A DNA stretch of 64,000 nt from Candidatus Altiarchaeota archaeon (lineage in GTDB: Archaea; Altiarchaeota; Altiarchaeia; IMC4; SCGC-AAA252-I15). The notes under the pieces are model-generated. The model ran no database searches, was not told where the DNA came from, and was given only the letters and a program-made list of their open reading frames with translations. Both the position numbers and the translations under genes were made by a program. Below are positions 46,350-55,103 of this stretch, piece by piece. The DNA lies in assembly GCA_043800255.1 (NCBI GenBank), contig JAZDNF010000009.1, forward strand, positions 60,813 through 124,812. Reading direction: 5' to 3'. Numbering within the stretch: position 1 is the stretch's first letter; every line of letters starts with the position of its first letter.

Positions 46350-47185
46350 ACCCTGTGGTTGTCTGAGTATATGAGATGCGCTATCTCGGAGACTGAGTTT
46401 CTGTCCCAACCTGGTCCTTTCCTTCGGACTACATGCAGGGAGACTCCGCTGGCTTCGGAGATTCTTCTGATGATGGTTTCGTCAACCTTCTGATGGACTT
46501 TCTTGTCTGTGAGATCTTTTCCAGGCCTCTTCTCGAGTATCAGCTCAGGGTCCTGTGAGACCATCAGTATCGCATTAGGCCGGATAGTGTTGAAAGCTTC
46601 GGAATCCAAGGATACTATAAAACCATTTTTTCCGTAGAGTGTTGCATGAGATTCTATACAGTATGCCTTGCGGGGGTCGTCGCACATTTTCGCAACCTTT
46701 TTCGCAGTCCTTACCCTCAGGCGCTCCTGTTCGACAGGTGACATGTCCTTTATCTGACCTTTTCTGATGTTCTTTTCCTCCAGCGTCAGGTTCTGCATTT
46801 CATCGCCGAAGTTGATTGTTACAATCTTTTCGCCGCCTAATAGTTCGGTTGCCTTTCTCGTGGAGAGCGTCTTCCCTGCGCCTGAAACCCCCAGCAGTAG
46901 GAACACCTTAGGGCCGCCTGCCCGGGGTTCGAATTTTCCGTATTCTTTAAGTCCCATTTCAAACCCGTCCCTGTCCTCCAAGAGCGAGAGAGCTTCATCG
47001 TCTGTCAGCGTTTGCCCGCGCGCCTCCGCCTCCTCCAGCATCCGCCTGCCGAGGCCATGGGTTGGATCCTTCTTGTTCTTCAGGACGTCTCTCAGGGTTA
47101 TCGACTCAAAAGCCTGTCTGAAGAGCCTCTCATCGTCAGTCTCATCAGGGGAGTTTGGCTTCGGGCCTTTTCCTACTGTTTTCAT
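46346..47185 (-). CDS. Divergent archaeal adenylate-kinase (AdkA)-like P-loop kinase with an ~90-aa N-terminal extension
   Basis: GVSGAGKT, INFGDEM, Q.RL...AKKVA, IESHAT, PNAILMV. Confidence 0.7.
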   Translation of the reverse strand: MKTVGKGPKPNSPDETDDERLFRQAFESITLRDVLKNKKDPTHGLGRRMLEEAEARGQTLTDDEALSLLEDRDGFEMGLKEYGKFEPRAGGPKVFLLLGVSGAGKTLSTRKATELLGGEKIVTINFGDEMQNLTLEEKNIRKGQIKDMSPVEQERLRVRTAKKVAKMCDDPRKAYCIESHATLYGKNGFIVSLDSEAFNTIRPNAILMVSQDPELILEKRPGKDLTDKKVHQKVDETIIRRISEASGVSLHVVRRKGPGWDRNSVSEIAHLIYSDNHRV

Positions 47186-47190
47186 GGTGG

Positions 47191-47601
47191 TTAGAACTCT
47201 TTCGGCTTTTTCGCGTCAGGCAGCTCTTTCATGCTCGGCGGCGTAGCAGCCTCTTTTATCTCCGTGAACAAGCCCTTATTCACGCGATCAAGCAGGTTGG
47301 CTGCGAGGTTAGGTTCCATCTCCTTCAAGATGGGATTTTGCGGTTCTCTTGGGTTGTGGGCCGCGGTTTCCTGCAGCAGCTCGATGCCCTTCAGCAGTGT
47401 CAACTTATCTTCAACCGGAAGGCGGCTCGCATAATCGAGCACTCTGCCTTTGGACGGCTGCCTCAGAGAGTATACGATGTTCTGGATGCCTGATTCTCCA
47501 ACACTCCTCCCGATGAAGAATAGGAACCCGTTTATCGCGTTCCTGTCCTGGCCGCTGATCCTGTCAGTGCTCGAGTCCTCTTTAGTTTGCTGTACGGTCA
47601 T
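47191..47601 (-). CDS. Hypothetical protein
   Basis: 136-aa ORF co-oriented with, and 5 bp from, the kinase gene. Confidence 0.55.
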   Translation of the reverse strand: MTVQQTKEDSSTDRISGQDRNAINGFLFFIGRSVGESGIQNIVYSLRQPSKGRVLDYASRLPVEDKLTLLKGIELLQETAAHNPREPQNPILKEMEPNLAANLLDRVNKGLFTEIKEAATPPSMKELPDAKKPKEF

Positions 47602-47654
47602 CCTGATAACTAACTACTAGGTAAAACAAATCTAAAAGTAGTCTGGCAGGGGAA

Positions 47655-48038
47655 TTATCTGACGGTTACAGTGCCGCCGTCTATCCTGACAGTGGCGCCT
47701 GTCTTGATCTTATTGACATCAATCTTGTCAACTGCTGGGATGTCGCTGATTATGCACCCGACTGCGACTATCGTCTCCGCTTCAGAGTTTATCATCGCCT
47801 TCGGGGCTTTACCGTTCTTTGCAAGCTGGTAGATTGTATAAGGCGCTACAGTCGAGCCTTTGCCGTAGGGGAACACCAGAATCTTCCCTGTTATGCACTG
47901 CCCGTTGATGTCGCTGTCCTTGTCTGACATGATACCTGTCACAGGATCAACTCCGCCGTAGAAGCTTATCGGGTTCTTGCTGACCAAAGCCTCACCCTCC
48001 ACCGTCCCCTTGTTGATTATCCTGCCCTTCAGTTCCAT
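47655..48038 (-). CDS. Phosphomevalonate dehydratase small subunit (DUF126/AcnX swivel)
   Basis: ISFYGGVDPVTG, GKILVFPYGKGST, AETIVAVG; start MELKGR overlaps the large-subunit stop region. Confidence 0.9.
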   Translation of the reverse strand: MELKGRIINKGTVEGEALVSKNPISFYGGVDPVTGIMSDKDSDINGQCITGKILVFPYGKGSTVAPYTIYQLAKNGKAPKAMINSEAETIVAVGCIISDIPAVDKIDVNKIKTGATVRIDGGTVTVR

Positions 48039-49228
48039 TTTCCTGTCACCGCCGTGTTCAGGCACTGTTTGAAGTCGCCTATGTGGACGTTCAATTTGTT
48101 CTTGCCTCTCGCGTAGAAGCATGCTTTCGCACTTGTGGTGGCCATCGTCTTGAACCTGCCTTTTATGGGGGCGACGACCATGCAGGTGTCGACTGCCATC
48201 TTCCCGCCAGCCTGTTCGATCACTTGGGTGTAGCCTCTCTCGTCTGCGATATCCTTTGTCGGGCGGGCGGTGGCAACCCAGAGTTCAACGCCGTCCCTCA
48301 CCTTCCTGTTCTTCAGATAATCTGAAATCTCAGCTATCTCCTGGATTGACGCGTGCGGGCACCCCAGCGAGACGAAATCGACATCAGCCGCATCATCGTT
48401 CAATGCCTTATACGCTTCCTTCATGTCCTTGTCTGCCACAGTCACAGTCTCCTTGGGAGGCTTGTGCTGTGAGGCTTCAGGCGTTATCCCTCTTATGTGG
48501 TACAGGGGCGGGCTGCCGTAGGTTATAGCCGATGCTCCGAAGCTTTTCAGACTGTCTGTTGACGCCTGCTTCAGACCTGTGATATAAGGAACCTTGCCAT
48601 CGCTTGCCTTGCCAATCACGTAACCCAAGGCGCCCCAATCAGAAAGCGACTCTACTTTCGCGTCGACTTTGACATGAAATTTCGGAGCCCGATTCTCATC
48701 CAGATGCAGCCCATACGCTGGGGTCTTGCCTATCATCGCAGCAGCTATCGCTGAGGGGCCGCCTTCCCTGTTACTGCGGGCGCCTATGACGGAGTTCACG
48801 AAGGTTACCGCGCTGGATTCGGCCCAGGCGACGTGCTCTCCGAATGCTGGGAGGTTTCCGATCAGGTAGGGCGTGCACGTGCACGTCGTAATAACGCCCA
48901 TCTTCGCGAACGCCTCAACAACCTTCTTCTGCTTTGCCGCGAACTCGTCTGATATGCCGAGCTTCTTCCACTCGCGCATGTCCATCCCCGCAGGATTCAA
49001 CGTCGTGAGAACCTTCACCTGTCCGTCCCTGGCAAGCTCAGACAGGTACTCCAGACCAGCATCTCCGAGGTTGTCGTAGGATACGCCGGCAATCTGAACG
49101 CTTCCAACAGGGATAAGCCGCTCGGCGCCGTAGATCTCGCCCAATGCTATGAGAATCTTCATCGACTTCGCAGCTGCATTACCCTGCCCGCCCCCTAGGA
49201 TTTTCTCCTCCTCCCTTGTGAGTTCCAT
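48029..49228 (-). CDS. Phosphomevalonate dehydratase large subunit (DUF521/AcnX)
   Basis: TTLNP, CTCTPY, WAESSA...NSVIGARSNREGG, LGCPH, DTCMVV, TSAK. Confidence 0.92.
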   Translation of the reverse strand: MELTREEEKILGGGQGNAAAKSMKILIALGEIYGAERLIPVGSVQIAGVSYDNLGDAGLEYLSELARDGQVKVLTTLNPAGMDMREWKKLGISDEFAAKQKKVVEAFAKMGVITTCTCTPYLIGNLPAFGEHVAWAESSAVTFVNSVIGARSNREGGPSAIAAAMIGKTPAYGLHLDENRAPKFHVKVDAKVESLSDWGALGYVIGKASDGKVPYITGLKQASTDSLKSFGASAITYGSPPLYHIRGITPEASQHKPPKETVTVADKDMKEAYKALNDDAADVDFVSLGCPHASIQEIAEISDYLKNRKVRDGVELWVATARPTKDIADERGYTQVIEQAGGKMAVDTCMVVAPIKGRFKTMATTSAKACFYARGKNKLNVHIGDFKQCLNTAVTGKWN

Positions 49229-49293
49229 CCCCAGTTAAATTATTACCGGCCAAATAAAAAGCTTTTAAGCTTAGGAGGGGGATATTAACCACT

Positions 49294-50109
49294 ATGTCTG
49301 AGATAAAAGAACGTAGGGAAAAGTCCGTTGACATACGTACTGATCAGCTTCCTGATTCGATAGCCATCAAGAAGCCAGCCTCTGACTTCGACCAGCTTGT
49401 CAGCACCATCAGAGGCGATGCTGATTCTAAAGTCAAGGAGGACGCCTTGCATGAGTTAAGAAATATCGGCGCAGATCGTGAAAGCGGCAAAAGTTCTGAC
49501 GCTGCCCAGGCGATTGTAGATTTTGTAAGAGATGACACGAAGGATTCTAGGCTTAAAAGCGGGGTTATGCAGGACCTGGCATATGTCGTGTGGAGCGGCC
49601 CCAAGGATTCTTCAACTGTGGCAGAGAGGGGCTTGGTCTCATTCATGAATGACGAGAAATTTGACTCTGATACAAGGAAGGCTGCTATCCGGTGGCTGGG
49701 TGAGACATCATCACCTGGAGCGACTAGTGAGTTGATAAAATTCGCAAAAAACAGGAAAATTGACTCTGATCTCAGGGATGATGCAACAACATCCTTAGCT
49801 TATATCGGCCGTTGGGGGCGCCGTTCTGAGGGTAGGAAAGCGGTGAACGCTCTTGTCGACATCATGAAAGACGTGGGAGAGGATGTAAATCTAAGAAAGG
49901 AGGTTATAATGGATGTCAGCAGGATCGGCTACCATGGCGAAAACGAGGCGACGTCTTTGGATGCAGTCACTGGTTTGAGAGAATTCATCGGAGAAACCGA
50001 TAACAGGAATCTGAAAAAAATTGCTAGGGAACGACTTAACACTGTCGGCGAATGGTCCCGCAAGGATGATGTGCGCGCAAGAGCGAAAGAGAGCCTGAGA
50101 CTTAAGTAA
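49294..50109 (+). CDS. HEAT/PBS-lyase-like repeat protein
   Basis: About 7 repeats such as DTRKAAIRWLG, DLRDDATTSLAYIG, DVRARAKESL. Confidence 0.75.
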   Translation: MSEIKERREKSVDIRTDQLPDSIAIKKPASDFDQLVSTIRGDADSKVKEDALHELRNIGADRESGKSSDAAQAIVDFVRDDTKDSRLKSGVMQDLAYVVWSGPKDSSTVAERGLVSFMNDEKFDSDTRKAAIRWLGETSSPGATSELIKFAKNRKIDSDLRDDATTSLAYIGRWGRRSEGRKAVNALVDIMKDVGEDVNLRKEVIMDVSRIGYHGENEATSLDAVTGLREFIGETDNRNLKKIARERLNTVGEWSRKDDVRARAKESLRLK

Positions 50110-50130
50110 GGCAGGCGTTCTCTGTGAGGA

Positions 50131-51417
50131 TTATTCTCCGAGTTTTACTTTCAGGAATTTTTGTTTGTTCTTTGATGAGGGTATGGTTGCGTCTAATGCG
50201 ACTTTGGCTGTCTGCCGTCTGTCTGAGCCTTCCATGCATTCTGCGGTGCAGTCCAATGATGAGCCCGGGCCTTTGAATATGTTCGCCCTCTTGTCGGCCT
50301 GGACTCGGGTCGCTATCGCCCATTCTATCTCATCCGGGCTGTAGATGTTGATATCGTCGTCTACCACGATGCAGTGTTTGAGGCTGCCGTGTCCTTTGAA
50401 GGCTGCGTCAGCAGCCTTTTTTCCGTCGTCATCGTTCTTCTTTGATATCTGGACTATGGCATGGAACCATGAGCAGCCTCCGACAGTGAGGAGCACGTTC
50501 TTCACGTCAGCGACCTCTTTTACCGCATTGTATATTGTCGGCTCCTTGGGCATTCCCATCAGCAGCCTGTGCTCATTATAAGCAGGGAGGAGGCCCTGAT
50601 AGATCGGGTCCTTCCGGTGGGTTATGCAGTTGATTGTGACTACTGGCTCCTCTCTGACGACGTCCGCAGTCCCGGTGATGTCCGGGAACGGGCCCTCCTT
50701 GGCGCGTTCCTTCTGCGTGAGAGTTCCCTCGAGTATTATCTCAGCGTCTGCCGGCACCAATAAGTCGTTGGTTTTGCACTTGACCAGCTCGACCGGCTTC
50801 ATCGTGTTCGCGATGTCATACTCACTCAAGTCTGATTTCGCGGAAATTGATGCCGCCAGCGATATTGTCGGATGCAACCCCAAACAGATTGCAACAGGCA
50901 GCGGATCCTGAGCCTGAAGGTTCTTGTAGGTGTCCCGGTGGCATATCCTCGCAACCAGCTTGTTCTTCGCTATGGGTGAGGCCCTGTGATATGCCAGGTT
51001 CAGTATGCTGTCCTTGTTAGAGCTGACCCAGACTCCGGCGCTAACGTAAGGCCCTAGATCGTTGGTGCAGTGGGTGAGTATCGGCATCTTCGAAAGATCA
51101 ACGTCTTTTTCCACGACCTCCTGGCAGGCGCCCTTCTTCACAGCCTTCGGTTTCGTGGGTTTGCCTATTACGTCGGCTATCTTGAACAGCAGGTCTTCTT
51201 TTTTTATCCCCAATGCCTTCGCGAAGTTCTCCCTGCTGCTGCATAAGCCGGCGGCAACCTTGTACTCGGAGCCTTTGACCTTGGTGAATAGCACGGCTTT
51301 GCCGTCGTATTCCATCAGGACCCTAGCCATCTCAAGGTAGGGGTCAACTTCCCTGTCGAATTTAACGAGCTGTCCTGCCCTGTCAAGCTCGTCCAAAAAG
51401 GCGCGCATGCTCATCAC
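50131..51417 (-). CDS. UbiD-family decarboxylase, likely anhydromevalonate-phosphate decarboxylase (AMPD)
   Basis: EGPF motif, VDDDINIYSP..IEWAIATR, GSSLD; clustered with PMDh, IPK and UbiX. Confidence 0.85.
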   Translation of the reverse strand: MMSMRAFLDELDRAGQLVKFDREVDPYLEMARVLMEYDGKAVLFTKVKGSEYKVAAGLCSSRENFAKALGIKKEDLLFKIADVIGKPTKPKAVKKGACQEVVEKDVDLSKMPILTHCTNDLGPYVSAGVWVSSNKDSILNLAYHRASPIAKNKLVARICHRDTYKNLQAQDPLPVAICLGLHPTISLAASISAKSDLSEYDIANTMKPVELVKCKTNDLLVPADAEIILEGTLTQKERAKEGPFPDITGTADVVREEPVVTINCITHRKDPIYQGLLPAYNEHRLLMGMPKEPTIYNAVKEVADVKNVLLTVGGCSWFHAIVQISKKNDDDGKKAADAAFKGHGSLKHCIVVDDDINIYSPDEIEWAIATRVQADKRANIFKGPGSSLDCTAECMEGSDRRQTAKVALDATIPSSKNKQKFLKVKLGE

Positions 51418-51500
51418 AAATCACCCGCTTAGATATAGTCTTTAAAAAAAATAAGCGATATAATATGTCCCAATGGACCTGTTCACCGAAGCCATTGCAT

Positions 51501-52283
51501 TCAACATCTGATTACCGTGCCTTTGACTTTCTTCCCTAGGAGGGCATCCCTGACGTTGCCTCTTTTGAGGGCGCTTATGATTTTGGCTTCGGTCTCTGAT
51601 GACATGATCTCCCTGACTTTGCCTTCCATCCCTCCTGTGACGTCGGTCGCCTTCGAGCCGGATAGTTTGATCCTGGAGATGTTCTTTTTGGTTATCAGCG
51701 GGATGTGCATTCCGCCGCCATTTTTCGGGTCTCTGTCGTATATGCCGTCGACGTCGGTCGCAATTACCATCCTCTTGGCTTTCAGCTTTTTGGCGATGTA
51801 GGGCGCAAGCTGGTCTCCTGAGAGTATCCCCACCCCCCGTTTTATGTCTATGAGCACGTCGCCGTAGGATACGGGGACCATCCCTATCTGGAGCATCATC
51901 CTGATTGTGTTCACCGGGAACTGCACTAGCTTCCCGTCTTCGAGGATGCCGCCTGCTGAGGGTTGGAATGATATGGCGTTCACGCCATTCTTCTGGAGCG
52001 TTTCGACGACGTCCTGGTTGAGCTTCTCCATCGACTGGTGCGTTATCGAGAAGCCTATGACCTGCCTCTTTGATTTCAGCCCCCCTTTCAGCTTGTGCTT
52101 TTTGGCGGGGACGTGTCCGAAGGGCCCTGCGCCGTGGACTATCACCAGCCGGGTCCTCTTCTCATTCAATGCTGAGGCTATCTCCGACGATAGCCTGCCC
52201 AGGTTCTTCTTGTTGATTTCCAGCTTATCCTGCGACTTTTTGGTTATCACCGAGCCGCCGAGCTTCAGCACCACGGTCTCCAT
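51501..52283 (-). CDS. ipk: Isopentenyl phosphate kinase
   Basis: VLKLGGSVITKK, HGAGPFGH, YGDV, LSGDQL, TDVDGIY, DVTGGM.GK. Confidence 0.93.
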   Translation of the reverse strand: METVVLKLGGSVITKKSQDKLEINKKNLGRLSSEIASALNEKRTRLVIVHGAGPFGHVPAKKHKLKGGLKSKRQVIGFSITHQSMEKLNQDVVETLQKNGVNAISFQPSAGGILEDGKLVQFPVNTIRMMLQIGMVPVSYGDVLIDIKRGVGILSGDQLAPYIAKKLKAKRMVIATDVDGIYDRDPKNGGGMHIPLITKKNISRIKLSGSKATDVTGGMEGKVREIMSSETEAKIISALKRGNVRDALLGKKVKGTVIRC

Positions 52284-52306
52284 TGTAATGAATTTTGAAT
52301 GAGGGA

Positions 52307-53149
52307 TTATATACCTTCTGTGAGCTTCCGGTACTGCCTGTGAACGGCCTCAGTCATCTTACCTAGCTTCCCTTTCCCGATTTTTTCGCCGTCTACTTCC
52401 ACTATGGGGCTTATCTCAGCGACGGAGCTGGTTTGGAAGCATTCGTCGGATTTCAGCAGCCGTTCAAGTTTGAAGTCCTCTTCGCTGGCTGTCAGTCCGA
52501 GTCCGCCTGCGATTCCCATCACAGTCTCCCTGGTTATGCCGTTCAGGATTCCCGCACTCTCTGGCGGCGTTATCAGCTGCTCCCCGGACACGATGAACAC
52601 GTTCGAGGTTGTTCCCTCAGCAACGTTGCCGTCGCAGTTCAAGAGGAGGGCATCGTCGTATCCTCTCTCCTGGGCGTTCTTCCTCGCCAGCGCGCTGTCC
52701 AGGCAGTTCAATGTCTTGATCCTGGAGATTGGAGAATGGTTGTTCCTCCTGTTCTCCGCTACCGTGACTCTTATGCCGTTCTCATACCTTTTGGAGTAGT
52801 CCGGTATTTTGGATGCGATTATTATCATGTTCGGCTTTTCTTTTCCTGTGAATCTCATCCCCCCAGGCCCTTTTCCATAGGTTACGATGATCTTCAGCGA
52901 TGCGTCTTTCAGTCTGTTCTCTGTTAGGGTTGAATCCAATGCAGCAGATAGTTGTTCCTTGTTCAGGCCCACGCTTATCCCCAACGTCTCAGCTCCCCTG
53001 AGCAGCCGACTGATATGCTCTTCTTCTTTGAATATTCTTCCATGGTAGGCTCTCATGGTCTCGTACAGGCCGTAGCCGTACGTGAGGCCGTAGTCGTCTG
53101 CCGGGATTCTCGCATCCGTTATGAGTTTTCCGTTCAGGTAGGCTTTCAT
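52307..53149 (-). CDS. pabC: Class IV PLP enzyme, likely aminodeoxychorismate lyase
   Basis: YGYGLYETMR, KTLNCL, EGTTSNVF, GILNGITR; coupled to pabB. Confidence 0.7.
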   Translation of the reverse strand: MKAYLNGKLITDARIPADDYGLTYGYGLYETMRAYHGRIFKEEEHISRLLRGAETLGISVGLNKEQLSAALDSTLTENRLKDASLKIIVTYGKGPGGMRFTGKEKPNMIIIASKIPDYSKRYENGIRVTVAENRRNNHSPISRIKTLNCLDSALARKNAQERGYDDALLLNCDGNVAEGTTSNVFIVSGEQLITPPESAGILNGITRETVMGIAGGLGLTASEEDFKLERLLKSDECFQTSSVAEISPIVEVDGEKIGKGKLGKMTEAVHRQYRKLTEGI

Positions 53150-54492
53150 TTCAGCGCTTCCATCAGTGCTTTTGCCTTGTCCAAGGTCTCCTGGTATTCT
53201 TTCTCAGGGTCTGAGTCTGCCACTATGCCGCCTCCGACTTGGAAGTAGGCTCTCCCATCTTTTAGGATATATGATCTTATTATGATATTCAGGTCCATGT
53301 TGCCGTTGAAGCTCAGGTAACCTATGGCTCCGGTGTAGGCGCTCCTCTTGGTCGGTTCAAGTTCGTCTATTATTTCCATGGCTCTGACTTTGGGCGCGCC
53401 GGTGATGGACCCCCCTGGAAAAGTTGCCCGGAGTATGTCCACCTGATTTACGTCTTCCCTGAGTCTGCCTTCTACTGCGGAGACCATCTGGAACACTGTC
53501 GCATATTCTTCTATTATCTCAAACTCTGACACCTTGACTGTCCCATATTCGCACACCTTTCCCAGGTCGTTTCTTTCCAAGTCTACTATCATGATATTCT
53601 CAGCCCGGTCTTTTTCGCTCTCCTCCAACTCTTCTTTCAGTTTCCTGTCTTCTTCCCTGTCCTTTCCTCTCGGCCTCGTCCCCTTTATGGGGCGTGTCTC
53701 GATATGCCTGCCTTCCACTTTGAGGAATCTTTCAGGGGATGCGCTCACAACTTGCACGTCTCCGAAGTTCAGGAAAGCTGCGAATGGAGCAGGGTTTATC
53801 TCTCTCAGCCTCTTGTAGAGCTGCCAGAGGTCTGCTTCTGTTTCTGCTGTGAATCTCTGTGACAGGTTCACCTGGTATATGTCTCCTTTTCTGATGTATT
53901 CTTTAGCCTTTGTTATCGCTTTCAGGTAGTCTTCTTTTCTGAAGTTGGATTCCACATTGGGCGGTTTCAGAGTCGCCTCTCCCTTCTTTTCCGCTGGCTG
54001 GGAGGCCAGCTTCAGCAGCTCTTCTTTTCCATCTTCCGACTGTGAGATGAGAGTGTATTCCCTTTTGAGGTTATCGTAGGCTATTATGCTGTCGTAGAAT
54101 CCCAGGCAGCAGTCCCACGCTCTTATGTCGTCTGCCGCTTTGTTGGGCAGGCCTTTTATCGTGAATTTTCCGAGGTCGTATCCGAAGTACCCTACGGCAC
54201 CGCATTGGAAGGGGAATCTTTTTTTCTCGTATCTTTTCCCGTGTCTTTTGAGCAGCTTTCTCAGGACATCGAATGGGTTTCCTCTGGTCTCTTCTGCTTC
54301 CCCGTCCTTTTCGATCAGTATCCTGTCGTCTTTCGTCTTCAGGACTAGGAAGGGGTTGCAGCTCATGTAGCTGTTCCTTCCCAGCTTCTCGTGGTTCATC
54401 CCGCTGTCCAGGAAAAAGCTGTTAGCCTCGCCTGAGATTCTTTCGAATATCTCTGCAGGAGGTTGTCCCAGTCTTATCTTCTCCTCTGTCAT
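53146..54492 (-). CDS. pabB: Aminodeoxychorismate synthase component I
   Basis: SPERFL, PIKGTRPRG, IVDLERNDLG, FPGGSITGAPK (PabB-like rather than TrpE-like). Confidence 0.88.
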   Translation of the reverse strand: MTEEKIRLGQPPAEIFERISGEANSFFLDSGMNHEKLGRNSYMSCNPFLVLKTKDDRILIEKDGEAEETRGNPFDVLRKLLKRHGKRYEKKRFPFQCGAVGYFGYDLGKFTIKGLPNKAADDIRAWDCCLGFYDSIIAYDNLKREYTLISQSEDGKEELLKLASQPAEKKGEATLKPPNVESNFRKEDYLKAITKAKEYIRKGDIYQVNLSQRFTAETEADLWQLYKRLREINPAPFAAFLNFGDVQVVSASPERFLKVEGRHIETRPIKGTRPRGKDREEDRKLKEELEESEKDRAENIMIVDLERNDLGKVCEYGTVKVSEFEIIEEYATVFQMVSAVEGRLREDVNQVDILRATFPGGSITGAPKVRAMEIIDELEPTKRSAYTGAIGYLSFNGNMDLNIIIRSYILKDGRAYFQVGGGIVADSDPEKEYQETLDKAKALMEALK

Positions 54493-55043
54493 CACTTGCC
54501 TTCCCATTTCCTGTAGAGTTTGTGTTCTATTCCGAGGACGTCGAGTATCTTTCCCACGATGAAGGCTGACATGTCGTCTGCCGTCTCAGGCTTGTGGTAG
54601 TATGCGACTTCGGGTGGGAGTATTATGGCTCCTCCCATCTTCAGCTTTCTCATGTTCTCTATGGCTGCCAGCGTGAGTGGGGTTTCTCTTGGCACTACTA
54701 TCAGCTTCCATCCCATCTTGAGCATGTTCTCCGCGGCCCTCGTCACCAGGTTATCGGAGTAGCCGTTCGCGACTCCTGAGAGCGTCTTCATCGAGCATGG
54801 CACTATGACCATCCCGTCAACCTTGTATGAGGAGGAGGCTATCTTCGCCATCAGGTTGTCCTCATCGTATGAGCGTGATGCTAGCTTCCTTATCTCCTTC
54901 GGGCTCTTGTTCTCCTCGAACCGGGCGACATCCTCCGCTGCTGAGGTCATTATCAGGTGAGTCTCATGGCCTCTGAGCTCTTCCAGCAGCCTCTGACCTA
55001 GTATTATCCCTGAGGCGCCGGTGATGGCTATTATCAGCTTCAT
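54492..55043 (-). CDS. ubiX: Flavin prenyltransferase UbiX
   Basis: AITGASG, ASSS, PCSMKTL, RETPL, AYYHKP. Confidence 0.95.
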   Translation of the reverse strand: MKLIIAITGASGIILGQRLLEELRGHETHLIMTSAAEDVARFEENKSPKEIRKLASRSYDEDNLMAKIASSSYKVDGMVIVPCSMKTLSGVANGYSDNLVTRAAENMLKMGWKLIVVPRETPLTLAAIENMRKLKMGGAIILPPEVAYYHKPETADDMSAFIVGKILDVLGIEHKLYRKWEGK

Positions 55044-55103
55044 CCTTCATTATTATGGTGAGGGGTTATTTATTCTTGTCCTCCTGTGATTATTCAATAG
55101 ACT

